Shown: one piece after another, positions 38,386 to 47,189 of the stretch
Position numbering within the stretch: the first letter of the stretch is position 1
How the letters are laid out: every line of letters starts with the position of its first letter
NCBI GenBank assembly: GCA_041690135.1
Contig: JAWLHY010000012.1
Coordinates: 160,001-224,000, forward strand
Direction: 5' to 3'
DNA: 64,000 nt
Origin: Armatimonadota bacterium
Lineage (GTDB): Bacteria; Armatimonadota; SYMT01
Notes under the pieces: model-generated
The model's database searches: none
What the model was told of the DNA's origin: nothing
Seen by the model: the letters and a program-made list of their open reading frames with translations, nothing else
Made by a program: the position numbers and the translations under genes

Positions 38386-39327
38386 ATGGCAGTGATCGGG
38401 AGTCCCACGACGCGGGCACACATTCCGAACATGCTGGAGGCCAACCTGCGGAAGTACTTCCTGCAGAGCGGCCAGCGGTTCGAGAAGAACAACCTCTATC
38501 CCCGCTTCTATAAGGTGGAGACCAGCGACAAGAAGCTGGAGCGGCACACCGTGGCGGCGGGCTACGGCACCTACGTGGCGAAACCGGAAGGTGACGTGCC
38601 CACCTACGACAGCGGCCAGGAAGCGTGGGCCAAGAGCTACACGCACAACACCTACGCGCTGGGGGCGGAGTTCACCAAGGAATCGCTGGAAGACGACCTC
38701 CACGGCCTGGTGAAGCGCCTCTCCCAGGTGGGCGGCGCGCTGGCCTCGGTGGCGTACTACACCAAGGAGCGCGACGCGATGGACCTGTTCAACAGCTACC
38801 TGACGAGCGGGACCGTCTACTCCGCGGGCGGCAGTAACTACCCGCTGCTGGCCACGAACCACTTCCTGGTGACCGGCAGCACCTGGGCCAACAAGCCGAC
38901 CACCTCCCTCGACCTCTCCGTGGAGTCGATGGAGTTCGCCATCGGCCACTGGATGATCAACCAGGTGAACCAGCGCGGCCAGGTGATGATGACCCGTCCC
39001 AGCCTGCTGCTGTGCGGCGCCAGCGACTGGGCGATCGCGCGGCGCATCCTGGGGACCCGCAACCGCCGGCCGCAGACCGCCGACAACGACATCAACGCGC
39101 TCACCGACTACGACCTGGAGGACCTGGCGCATCCGCTGCTCACCAATGACGGTCGGTGGCTCCTCCTGGCGCCGAACGATCCGGACTACGGCCTGACCTA
39201 CTACGAGCGGGTGAAGCCGAACGTGGAGCGGTGGCCGGATGCCGACAACGGCAACCTGCGGATGTGCGGGCGGTACCGCGAGAGCCACGGCGCGACCCAC
39301 GTGAGCGGCGTGTGGGGGAGCGACTAG
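38386..39327 (+). CDS. Major capsid protein (Mu gpT-like family, HK97 fold)
   Basis: KPEG....YD, YTH.TYALG..FT.E..EDD, L..T.H, TADNDIN, and terminal RY..S.G......V.GS motifs. Confidence 0.88.
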   Translation: MAVIGSPTTRAHIPNMLEANLRKYFLQSGQRFEKNNLYPRFYKVETSDKKLERHTVAAGYGTYVAKPEGDVPTYDSGQEAWAKSYTHNTYALGAEFTKESLEDDLHGLVKRLSQVGGALASVAYYTKERDAMDLFNSYLTSGTVYSAGGSNYPLLATNHFLVTGSTWANKPTTSLDLSVESMEFAIGHWMINQVNQRGQVMMTRPSLLLCGASDWAIARRILGTRNRRPQTADNDINALTDYDLEDLAHPLLTNDGRWLLLAPNDPDYGLTYYERVKPNVERWPDADNGNLRMCGRYRESHGATHVSGVWGSD

Positions 39328-39458
39328 CCTGCGGCCGATTGGGATGAGGATTGCGATCAGGATAAGGAGGCCGGCCTACGGCCGGGGAGAGCCTCGCCCT
39401 ATCCTGGGCTAAAGGTAACCGAGTAGGGGACTGATCGTGGATCCTGAAGTCAGCGCGA

Positions 39459-39494
39459 CGGGCTGGGGAGCGATCCCCGGCCCGGTTCATTTTC
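39459..39494 (+). terminator. Terminator-like hairpin after the capsid gene
   Basis: cgggctgggga-GCGA-tccccggcccg followed by gttcattttt. Confidence 0.65.
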
Positions 39495-39680
39495 TGGGGT
39501 CGCACCCCGCTAAGACCCTCTGGGATGACCACGCACAGATCCGTGGTGGACGTGATTGCCTTCACCGGCGCACGGGGTCAGGCGTGAATGGGGTTGTGAC
39601 GAATGTATTGTGACCCGGGTTGACTGCGAGGGGCTGCGCCGAGACGCGGCTTCTCGAGGGACAGGGTTGAGGAGAGCGTA

Positions 39681-39875
39681 ATGCCGGTTTACCGGGGAGA
39701 CAGGGGGCGAACGCGCCGGACTTACCGGATACCCAGCACCACGAGGCTGAAAGCACCGGGACCCCTGGTGACGGATGCCCACAGCGGGGCGCCGATCAAC
39801 CAGAGCGATGCGGTGAAGCAGAACGGCCACTGGGTGCATAAGAGCCCGGCGCATGGCTCGCGGGACAAACCATAG
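39681..39875 (+). CDS. Small hypothetical phage protein
   Basis: GAGGAG RBS; 64 aa. Confidence 0.45.
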   Translation: MPVYRGDRGRTRRTYRIPSTTRLKAPGPLVTDAHSGAPINQSDAVKQNGHWVHKSPAHGSRDKP

Positions 39876-39978
39876 AGGGAGGTGAGAGGCAAGGGGTGCG
39901 AGGGCCGAGGCGGGGAACGCCCGGACCCTTCGCACCTCTAACTTCGCCCTTCGCACTGGTAGAGAAGGAGGTGAGCTG

Positions 39979-40614
39979 ATGGATGTGACGGAGGGACGGC
40001 TGCTGTTCCGGTCGTTGACGAACGAGCAGGACACGATGGTGCTGCCGGATACCGGGGATGGTGCCGGGGACCAGGCGGTGGATACCTACTTGCAGCGGGG
40101 GCTGGAAGAGTTCAGCCGGCAGGTGGGCGGCTACTTGATCGAGGAGAATGGCGACCTGTCCCTCGGCACTACGGGGCAGGTGGCGCTGCCAACAGACTTC
40201 GTGGACGTGTTGTGGGTCCGCGCCGCCGGTGGATCCTATCTCAAGCGCACTACATACGAAGAGTTGTTGGCGAACAAGGTCAACTGGGACAGCACCGCAG
40301 GGGCGCCCACGGACTATCTGGTAGTTGGCACAAATCTGCAGTGTTCCCCAAAGCTGGGCAGCGGCACTCTGGGGTTGACCGTGAAGTACGTAGCAGCGCC
40401 GGGCGCCTACGACACCGCCGCCTTTACCGGCATCGCTGAGCAGGACCACGCCCTCCCCGTCTACTACGCGGCGGCGCTGTTCATTCAGTTGCACAATGAC
40501 GTGCCGGAGATGCAGGCGCGGGCGGCAAACCTGCTGGCGCTGTTCTACAAGGGCTGTGAGGGGGCGCGACCGTTCTACGAACGCAAAAGGATGCCGGGGC
40601 GGAGGGCGCCGTAG
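39979..40614 (+). CDS. Putative head-tail adaptor protein
   Basis: ALPTDFVDV, GAPTDY, HALPVYYAAA motifs; located after the capsid gene. Confidence 0.7.
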   Translation: MDVTEGRLLFRSLTNEQDTMVLPDTGDGAGDQAVDTYLQRGLEEFSRQVGGYLIEENGDLSLGTTGQVALPTDFVDVLWVRAAGGSYLKRTTYEELLANKVNWDSTAGAPTDYLVVGTNLQCSPKLGSGTLGLTVKYVAAPGAYDTAAFTGIAEQDHALPVYYAAALFIQLHNDVPEMQARAANLLALFYKGCEGARPFYERKRMPGRRAP

Positions 40615-40681
40615 CAGAAGGCAGTGGGCAGAAGGCAGAAGCAAGAAGGCGGAAGGCAGGAGGCAGTGGGCGGAGGGAGCC

Positions 40682-41359
40682 ATGATCTATGAGGACCTGG
40701 TAGTGGCGCTGCGGGAGCGGGTGGGGCGGCCGTCGATCGATGAGGTGAACGATCGACGGCTGTTGTCTTTTCTGAACAGCGCCCTGGAATGGCTGGCGGG
40801 GGAGTTGCAGTACAACCCGAGCGTCGGCACAACAACCATTACTGCCACCCCGTACGACGGTGAGCTGGGACCGGGCGTGGCCGAGGTGTGGTGGGTGAAG
40901 CACGGGACCCGGACCCTGGAGCCGGCGAGCCTGGCGTTGTGGGTACGGGACGGCATCGACTGGATGAACGGTACGGCGGGGCAGCCGGAACAATACGCCT
41001 TCGAGGCGGGGACGCTTTACCTCTTTCCCAGGCCGTCCACCAACCTCACGCTGACCTATGGTTACCTTCCCGCCGCGCCGGAGATTGCGACGGATAGCAG
41101 CGAGGCGCCCGGTGCGAGCACCGCTACGCCGCTGCTTTCCAACGCCAACCAGGGACTACTGGTGTGGAAGGCGGCCGAGGAGTATTTCTCCGCCACGATC
41201 ACTCCGGAGAACATGGGGCAGCGAAACCTGCAGATCCAGGCATGTGTGAAGCAGGTGGCCGACCGGCTGGACAACGCGAAGCGACAGGTGAAGCACGGGG
41301 CGCGGTCCAGCGGGCCGCGGCCTTCGGTGTTCTCCCGGCATGGCGGCGCGGCGCGATGA
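40682..41359 (+). CDS. Second adaptor-like protein
   Basis: FLNSALE, GQPEQY...LYLFPRP, LLVWKAA motifs. Confidence 0.7.
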   Translation: MIYEDLVVALRERVGRPSIDEVNDRRLLSFLNSALEWLAGELQYNPSVGTTTITATPYDGELGPGVAEVWWVKHGTRTLEPASLALWVRDGIDWMNGTAGQPEQYAFEAGTLYLFPRPSTNLTLTYGYLPAAPEIATDSSEAPGASTATPLLSNANQGLLVWKAAEEYFSATITPENMGQRNLQIQACVKQVADRLDNAKRQVKHGARSSGPRPSVFSRHGGAAR

Positions 41360-41360
41360 A

Positions 41361-41395
41361 GGCAGTGGGCAGTGGGCAGTGGGCAGTGGGCAGTG
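41361..41395. repeat. (GGCAGTG)5 heptamer repeat; related heptamer tracts at 16583-16602, 37581-37615 and 40614-40670
   Basis: Read directly. Confidence 0.9.
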
Positions 41396-41493
41396 ATGCA
41401 GTGGCAGAGCGAGGTGGCTTGGTGAGGTAACCGGACAGTCGTGAACGTGGGGTTCGAGTTACGCAAAACACAATACGCATTACGGAGGGATAG

Positions 41494-42030
41494 ATGGCGA
41501 CACGGAAGGTCTTTGAATACGCATTCGACACCGGGGATCTGGTAGGCGCGGACGGGGGCACGGCCAGCGTGGAACTGGACGCGGTGGACCTTTCCCGGTT
41601 CGATGAACTGGAACTGGAGATCGTGGTGGACACGGCGGCGACGGAGGCCGGGGACACGCTGAACGTTTATCTGCAGTCGCGCGGGCCGGCGGGGGTCTGG
41701 GACGACCGGATTGCCACCGCGCAGTTCACCGGCGACCAGGCGGACGCGGAGGTGCGGAAGTATGCCGTCCAGCAGTTCGGCACGTTTTCCGACACGGAAG
41801 AGGCGAGCGAACCACAGGGCAGCGCGGGGGGCTCGCACCTGACCGCCGGCGGCGTGAAGAACGGTCCCTTTCCCGGTCCCTACCGGAACAAGGGGGTGGG
41901 GACGGAGACGGCGTGGCGGCTGCAGTTCGTGGTGGCGAACAGCAGCACGGAGAATGCCGCGTTTGCGGGCGCGGTTTACCTCAGTGGGAACAGCGGCGAC
42001 CTGGGATGCATTCCCCGGGGGTGCGGGTAG
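41494..42030 (+). CDS. Hypothetical virion protein
   Basis: GGAGG RBS; beta-rich 178 aa. Confidence 0.65.
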   Translation: MATRKVFEYAFDTGDLVGADGGTASVELDAVDLSRFDELELEIVVDTAATEAGDTLNVYLQSRGPAGVWDDRIATAQFTGDQADAEVRKYAVQQFGTFSDTEEASEPQGSAGGSHLTAGGVKNGPFPGPYRNKGVGTETAWRLQFVVANSSTENAAFAGAVYLSGNSGDLGCIPRGCG

Positions 42031-42348
42031 CCGGCTGGCGGAGTTACCGTGGTGAAGGGCCGCCTAAATTGGCCGTAACCAACAAAGCGGATTGTCGTCT
42101 CGTATTCCAAGCGGGAGAGCCCCTGGTCTCGCGAGGAGAAGACGGCAATGAAGCAGATTCCCATGTACAGCCTGCTGGTGGCGGTGGGCTACCTGGCCCT
42201 GACGTGGCCGCGGTCGCCGGCCCCACCGCCCCAGCCCGCGGCTCAGACGTTCCAGCCGGGGCCGCGGGGGAGCGGGCCGACGGAGGCCGACCGGAAGGCG
42301 GCGGCGTACTGGCGGAAGCATCCACCGAGACGGAAAGGGGTTAAGACA

Positions 42349-43056
42349 ATGGCGACAGGGATTGCAGAGCTAGCGCAGGCCGAGAGCTCGATAGTTGGAA
42401 CTACATTGACCGCAACCGTGCCGACCGGTGGGGTGGCACAAAACTCTCGGGTGGTCGTGTGTTTTGGAATGCCCGCTACCGACGGTGTAGTCTCCTGTGC
42501 CGACGACGGGAACAACACATATGCGGTGGATGCCGATGTAACCAACGCATCCGGCTATCGGGGCGTGATGTTGTCAGCCCCAGTCACCACATTTCTTGCT
42601 CCGGGAGACAGTATTACGATTACCTGTCCCAGTGTCAGTGACCGGGCTGGAACGCTGTTTGTCATTACGGGCCTTGATGGCGGCGGACAGCGAGATCAGT
42701 TTGCAACGGCAACCGGAAACTCAGATGCCCCTACATCCGGTCCCATCATGCCAACGGCAGCTGAAGAAGCTCTCGTTGCATTCTTCGTTCGCGCGGCAGA
42801 TCCAGCCCTATTCACAGCCGGTACTGGATGGACGCAGGGAGCTGCGGCAATGAGCACTGGCACTACTGTGGACCCCGTGTATCGTGTGGCGCACGCATCC
42901 GGTACTTATACTGCAGATGGTGCGTATGAGGTGAGTGCGTATTGGTCGGCTGCCGTTGCTTCCTACAAAACCGCTGGAGAGGAGCCGGAGCCGCCTATAA
43001 CGCAGGCCTCGGGATATCCGTGGAATGTCGTGCGGCGACGACGGCTGGTCCGGTGA
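42349..43056 (+). CDS. Beta-rich virion protein, paralog 1 (an in-frame upstream start at 42148 would add a hydrophobic leader)
   Basis: Colinear with 43241-43951 (LTATVP.GGVA...RVVVCF.M; GYPW...RRRR). Confidence 0.7.
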   Translation: MATGIAELAQAESSIVGTTLTATVPTGGVAQNSRVVVCFGMPATDGVVSCADDGNNTYAVDADVTNASGYRGVMLSAPVTTFLAPGDSITITCPSVSDRAGTLFVITGLDGGGQRDQFATATGNSDAPTSGPIMPTAAEEALVAFFVRAADPALFTAGTGWTQGAAAMSTGTTVDPVYRVAHASGTYTADGAYEVSAYWSAAVASYKTAGEEPEPPITQASGYPWNVVRRRRLVR

Positions 43057-43240
43057 ACTGCTTGGGGCGCCTGCAGGAAACAGATCCGAAGAGCCGGGGT
43101 TGCCGCCGGCACACAGAAAGTGAATGCCACCCGCCAGGGTGGCTTTCTTATTTGTGGGGGTGCGATGAATTCCGAACCACCGGAAGGCGCCGGTGTACCG
43201 GAGAAAGCGTCCTTGAGCGACGCGGGAGAGGAGTGGGCAG

Positions 43241-43951
43241 GTGGCAGTGGCTATTGACGATCTGGCGACCGCGGCCTCCGAGGCGACCGGCACCAGCCTT
43301 ACGGCGACGGTGCCGGCCGGGGGCGTGGCATCGGGCGCGCGGGTGGTGGTGTGCTTTGCCATGACGGGTGAGGGCGGCACGGTCTCGTGTGCGGACGGCC
43401 GGGGCAATCCCTACAGCGTGGATGAGGAGGTGACGAACAACACCACCGTCCGCACGGTCGTCCTGTCGGCTCCGGTCGCCACCGCCCTGCAGCCGGGGGA
43501 CGCCATTACAGTGACCCATCCCGAGGTGGCGCGTCGCTGCATGACGGCGCTGGTCCTCACCGGGCTCGTCGATGGCGGGGATCCAGACCAGACCCAGAGC
43601 GCGGAGTTCACCAGCGAAGCCCCTTCGGCGGGTAGTCTTACGGTTAGCACAGCCCCCGCGGCCCTGGTGACCGCCGTGAGCGTAGGTACGGGCGGGATTC
43701 TGCCCTTCTTCACCCCGGGGAACGGCTGGTCGGCCGGTGATGCCGACCAGGCCACCGTAGTGGCGATCTATGCCCAGCACCGGGTCGCGGCGACCGCGGG
43801 CACTTACACCGGCGAGGGCACCCTGTCGGACACCGCCGACTGGGCCGCCGTGTTCGTTTCCTACCAGAATGTGGAAGATCCGGAGCCCGAACCGGCCGTC
43901 CCCGCCGGCTATCCCTGGCCCATTCACCGTCGTCGTCGCGGCTGGCAGTGA
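43241..43951 (+). CDS. Beta-rich virion protein, paralog 2
   Basis: Colinear with 42349-43056; flanked by terminator hairpins at 43126-43149 and 43972-44000. Confidence 0.7.
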   Translation: MAVAIDDLATAASEATGTSLTATVPAGGVASGARVVVCFAMTGEGGTVSCADGRGNPYSVDEEVTNNTTVRTVVLSAPVATALQPGDAITVTHPEVARRCMTALVLTGLVDGGDPDQTQSAEFTSEAPSAGSLTVSTAPAALVTAVSVGTGGILPFFTPGNGWSAGDADQATVVAIYAQHRVAATAGTYTGEGTLSDTADWAAVFVSYQNVEDPEPEPAVPAGYPWPIHRRRRGWQ

Positions 43952-44035
43952 GCCGCAGAATCCATTTTTCTGGCCGCCCCAAAGGGCGGCCTTTTGTTTT
44001 GGTTGCCTATTTGGTCCTGGGAAGGAGCATCGCAG

Positions 44036-46936
44036 ATGCCAGGAGATCTTCCGGATATCGTGATTCCCCCACCCGCGCGGGGACTGCTGGAGGGATTGGA
44101 CCCCGCGCTGGAGGGCTACCCTCTCGAGGCCGCTCCGGACCTGGAGAATATCCGGGTGGAGAGCGGACTGTGGGAGTGTCGCCTCGGAATGGTGTTGTCC
44201 ATCGCGGCCGCCGGCTCCGGGCCGGGACGGTTTCTCACCACCCACTACACGAACGACGGTAGTCGCTATCGCCTCATGGCGCGGGGGAGCGGCGAGGCGG
44301 CGGTCCTCTACAAGCTGCTGGCGGACACGGACAGCAGCTGGCAGGAGGTGACCGGCGGCACGGGTTTGGGAAACGCCGGCGGGGAGACGTTCCAGGGGGT
44401 GAGCCTGGGCGGACGGTTCTACCTGACGGACCGCCAGAACGCACTCAAGAGCTGGGACCCGAGCGACAACACCCTATCCCCGGTTTCGCAGCCGGTGGCT
44501 CCGGTCCAGGGTCCGCGCGTGATCCCGCGCACCTATGCGCTGCTGGATGGGTTCTCCGGCTCGGCGCCTTACGGGTGGGTGGAGAGTGACGGCACCAACT
44601 TCGATCTCACCACGTACGCCGACTCGGACTTGCCGGCGGCGGGCTCCTACGGCACGAGCACCGTGCGCCGGCTGCTGGCGAAGGGCGGCGCGCTGAACGA
44701 CACGGTCACGAAGAACCGTCCGGAGTTCCCCGTGCCGTCGCAAGCCATTGCCTTCTGGATGGAGCAGTCCATCCGGGGGCGGCTGGTGGTGCTGGAATAC
44801 GGGATTACCGCGGCGGCCCAGTTCAGCGTTACCCTCAACCCGGAGGAGAAGGACATCACCTATCCGGTGTTTGTTCCGCTGGGGTCGATCGGGACGCTCT
44901 CCTACCTCCGGTTCCGCGCGCTGCGCAACCCGGATGCCAGCCGCAGCACGATCTTCGGTCCTCTTATCCTGCCCGGTAACCTCCAGGGACAGTACCGGTG
45001 GGTCTACACGCACTACGATCCTGCTTCGGGTGAGGAAAGCGCGCCTTCTCCGTTCAGTAATGATGGGGAGTTCTCGAATTTCTCCTCGGTCGGTATCTCC
45101 TATGACGAGAGCACGGCGGTGGGCGAGGGGTCCGCGTTGTATAAGAGCGCGGCCGTGATCCCGGAGAGTGACAGCGACACGGACAGCGCCAGCACCCGCA
45201 TCCGTCTCTACCGGCAGGGCGGCGTCGCGGAGTTGACCAAGAGCGCTTCGGGGCAGGACATCCTCACTCGGATCGGGGAGATCCCGGATGTGGTGACGAC
45301 AGTGAGCACTACGGCCAGCGCTGGCGCGCGGGAAGTGGTGCTGGCAACCGTGGGAAACGCTGGCGGCGACTTCGCAGATGGTGACGGACTATTGCTCGAC
45401 GGCGGGGTAGACGGTAAGGAAGAAGTTGCACGCATCGCCCACTATCGATTGTGGGATCTGACTGCCAGCGCCGCGAGAACTCTGACGAGCGCCACTCGGC
45501 CGTTTACCGCGGCCGATGTGGGCGGTGAGATCGTGATTTCCGGCCAGGCCTCCGGCTCCACCGGGCTGACGCCGGGCACCTACACGATTCAGTCGGTGGC
45601 TTCGAACGTGGCGACATTGACCGCGGACGTGGCTACCAGCACTCCGGCGCAGAATGGGTACGGCTACCTGAATGCCGTCAACAGCGGTACCCGGCGGGTT
45701 TGCCTGGCGGACGGTCTCAGCTACACCCACACGGCGGGGGCATCCGTCCAGGCATGCTTTCTCGACAACGTGGCCGATGCCGCGGTCGACGCCTCCCACA
45801 CGCTGGAGGGCGAGCGCGACGGCCCGCCCTCCGGGGTGCACTGCGTCGACCGCGCTCCCGACGGCCGCCTGTGGTTGTTCGGCTGGCCGCAACGCCCGCT
45901 CGGTATCGCGGTTTCCAACAAGCCGACGCCGGAGCGGGCCCGTGACTTCGAGGTGTTTCCGGACGGCGTGGACCCGTTCACCCGCCGCAGCCTCACGCAG
46001 GGGTTCCGCTTTGATCTCTCGGGAGACGCGAGCGGGGATGCCGTCGTGTGGGGCGGCTTCTTCCGACAGAACGCCACCGTGCTCACGCGCAAGGGCCTCT
46101 GGCAGGTGTACGCGGCGGGGCAGAGCGACTGGGGTCCCACCTCCGTGGTGAAGGTGGTGGAGGTGGGCTGCATCGCCGGGGATACGGTCCGCATCGTGAA
46201 CGACACTCTCTACTGGGTGGCGCCCGGCCCGCGCGTGATGCGCTGGGACGGCAACCCGGCGGCGGAACCCCAGGACGTAAGCTTCCGGCGCGTGAACGCG
46301 ACCCTGGCCGACGCGCCGGCAGCCTACTGGTCGAAGTGGTGGGCGCAGGCCCACGCGGACAAGCGCGGCGCCTACTACCGGCTGTGGATCGTGCCGAACG
46401 GCGGGACCACGCCGACGAAGCGCCTGGACTACAACCTGGTGCAAGATGCCTGGGAGCCGGTGGTCTACTACGACAGTGGCGGGACGGCCCTCCCCTTCGC
46501 CTGCGGCACCGTCCTGGACGTGTCCAGCGACACCGGCGAACTGCTGGCCCTGCACGCGACCAGTGGCATCACGTTCCAGCAGGAGACGGGAACCACGGAT
46601 GCGGGACCCGCGATCCGGGTTCGGGCGCAGACGAAGAAGATCGGGCTGGGCGGGGCCGTTTCGCTGGTAAAGGCGTTCTGGCTGCGGCTGGCGGCGGCCA
46701 CGGATAGTCTCTCCGTGAGCATCACGACCGGCGGCTCGCAATACGGCGATGTGACAAACGCTCACGCGGGTCTCTCCGTGTCCGGCTCCGGTGACCGGGA
46801 AGTGAAGCAGCGCGTGGCCTTCAACCAGAAGGGCCGCTGGGTCCAGTTCACGCTCACCGGCGCCTTGTCGGACCGGGCAAGCCTGCGGGAGCTGGGGGTG
46901 TGGTTCTCCCGGATCCGGAGCGGCCGTCTGGAGTGA
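44036..46936 (+). CDS. Putative tail nozzle/stabilisation protein (P22 gp10/T7 gp12-like position)
   Basis: ~970 aa, beta-propeller-like; LENIRV at the N-terminus, VGCIA..T, C-terminal GRWVQFTL. Confidence 0.7.
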   Translation: MPGDLPDIVIPPPARGLLEGLDPALEGYPLEAAPDLENIRVESGLWECRLGMVLSIAAAGSGPGRFLTTHYTNDGSRYRLMARGSGEAAVLYKLLADTDSSWQEVTGGTGLGNAGGETFQGVSLGGRFYLTDRQNALKSWDPSDNTLSPVSQPVAPVQGPRVIPRTYALLDGFSGSAPYGWVESDGTNFDLTTYADSDLPAAGSYGTSTVRRLLAKGGALNDTVTKNRPEFPVPSQAIAFWMEQSIRGRLVVLEYGITAAAQFSVTLNPEEKDITYPVFVPLGSIGTLSYLRFRALRNPDASRSTIFGPLILPGNLQGQYRWVYTHYDPASGEESAPSPFSNDGEFSNFSSVGISYDESTAVGEGSALYKSAAVIPESDSDTDSASTRIRLYRQGGVAELTKSASGQDILTRIGEIPDVVTTVSTTASAGAREVVLATVGNAGGDFADGDGLLLDGGVDGKEEVARIAHYRLWDLTASAARTLTSATRPFTAADVGGEIVISGQASGSTGLTPGTYTIQSVASNVATLTADVATSTPAQNGYGYLNAVNSGTRRVCLADGLSYTHTAGASVQACFLDNVADAAVDASHTLEGERDGPPSGVHCVDRAPDGRLWLFGWPQRPLGIAVSNKPTPERARDFEVFPDGVDPFTRRSLTQGFRFDLSGDASGDAVVWGGFFRQNATVLTRKGLWQVYAAGQSDWGPTSVVKVVEVGCIAGDTVRIVNDTLYWVAPGPRVMRWDGNPAAEPQDVSFRRVNATLADAPAAYWSKWWAQAHADKRGAYYRLWIVPNGGTTPTKRLDYNLVQDAWEPVVYYDSGGTALPFACGTVLDVSSDTGELLALHATSGITFQQETGTTDAGPAIRVRAQTKKIGLGGAVSLVKAFWLRLAAATDSLSVSITTGGSQYGDVTNAHAGLSVSGSGDREVKQRVAFNQKGRWVQFTLTGALSDRASLRELGVWFSRIRSGRLE

Positions 46937-47189
46937 TCCGGGCTGGATTAACCGCAAAGGCGCGGAGAACCGCAGAGGGCCGCAAAGCGGGATGGAACAG
47001 GATGGCAGGAAGTGCAGGATAGGGAAGTGTTCGTTGGCGGAGGTCGCCCGTGGGGGCGGCCTTTTTTGTTGCCGGGTTCCCGGGCTGCGCGCGTTAGTCC
47101 CACGACTGTTCGTTTCGGGCCACCCGCTTCCCGTCCCTCTTATCCTTCCTATCCTATCCATCCTGTTTTTCACAAAGGAGGTGAAAGCC

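Noticed and set aside
39390-39460. Possible hammerhead ribozyme or riboswitch after the capsid gene
   Set aside because: Lacks the CUGAnGA/GAAA core; only the downstream terminator-like hairpin is supportable.
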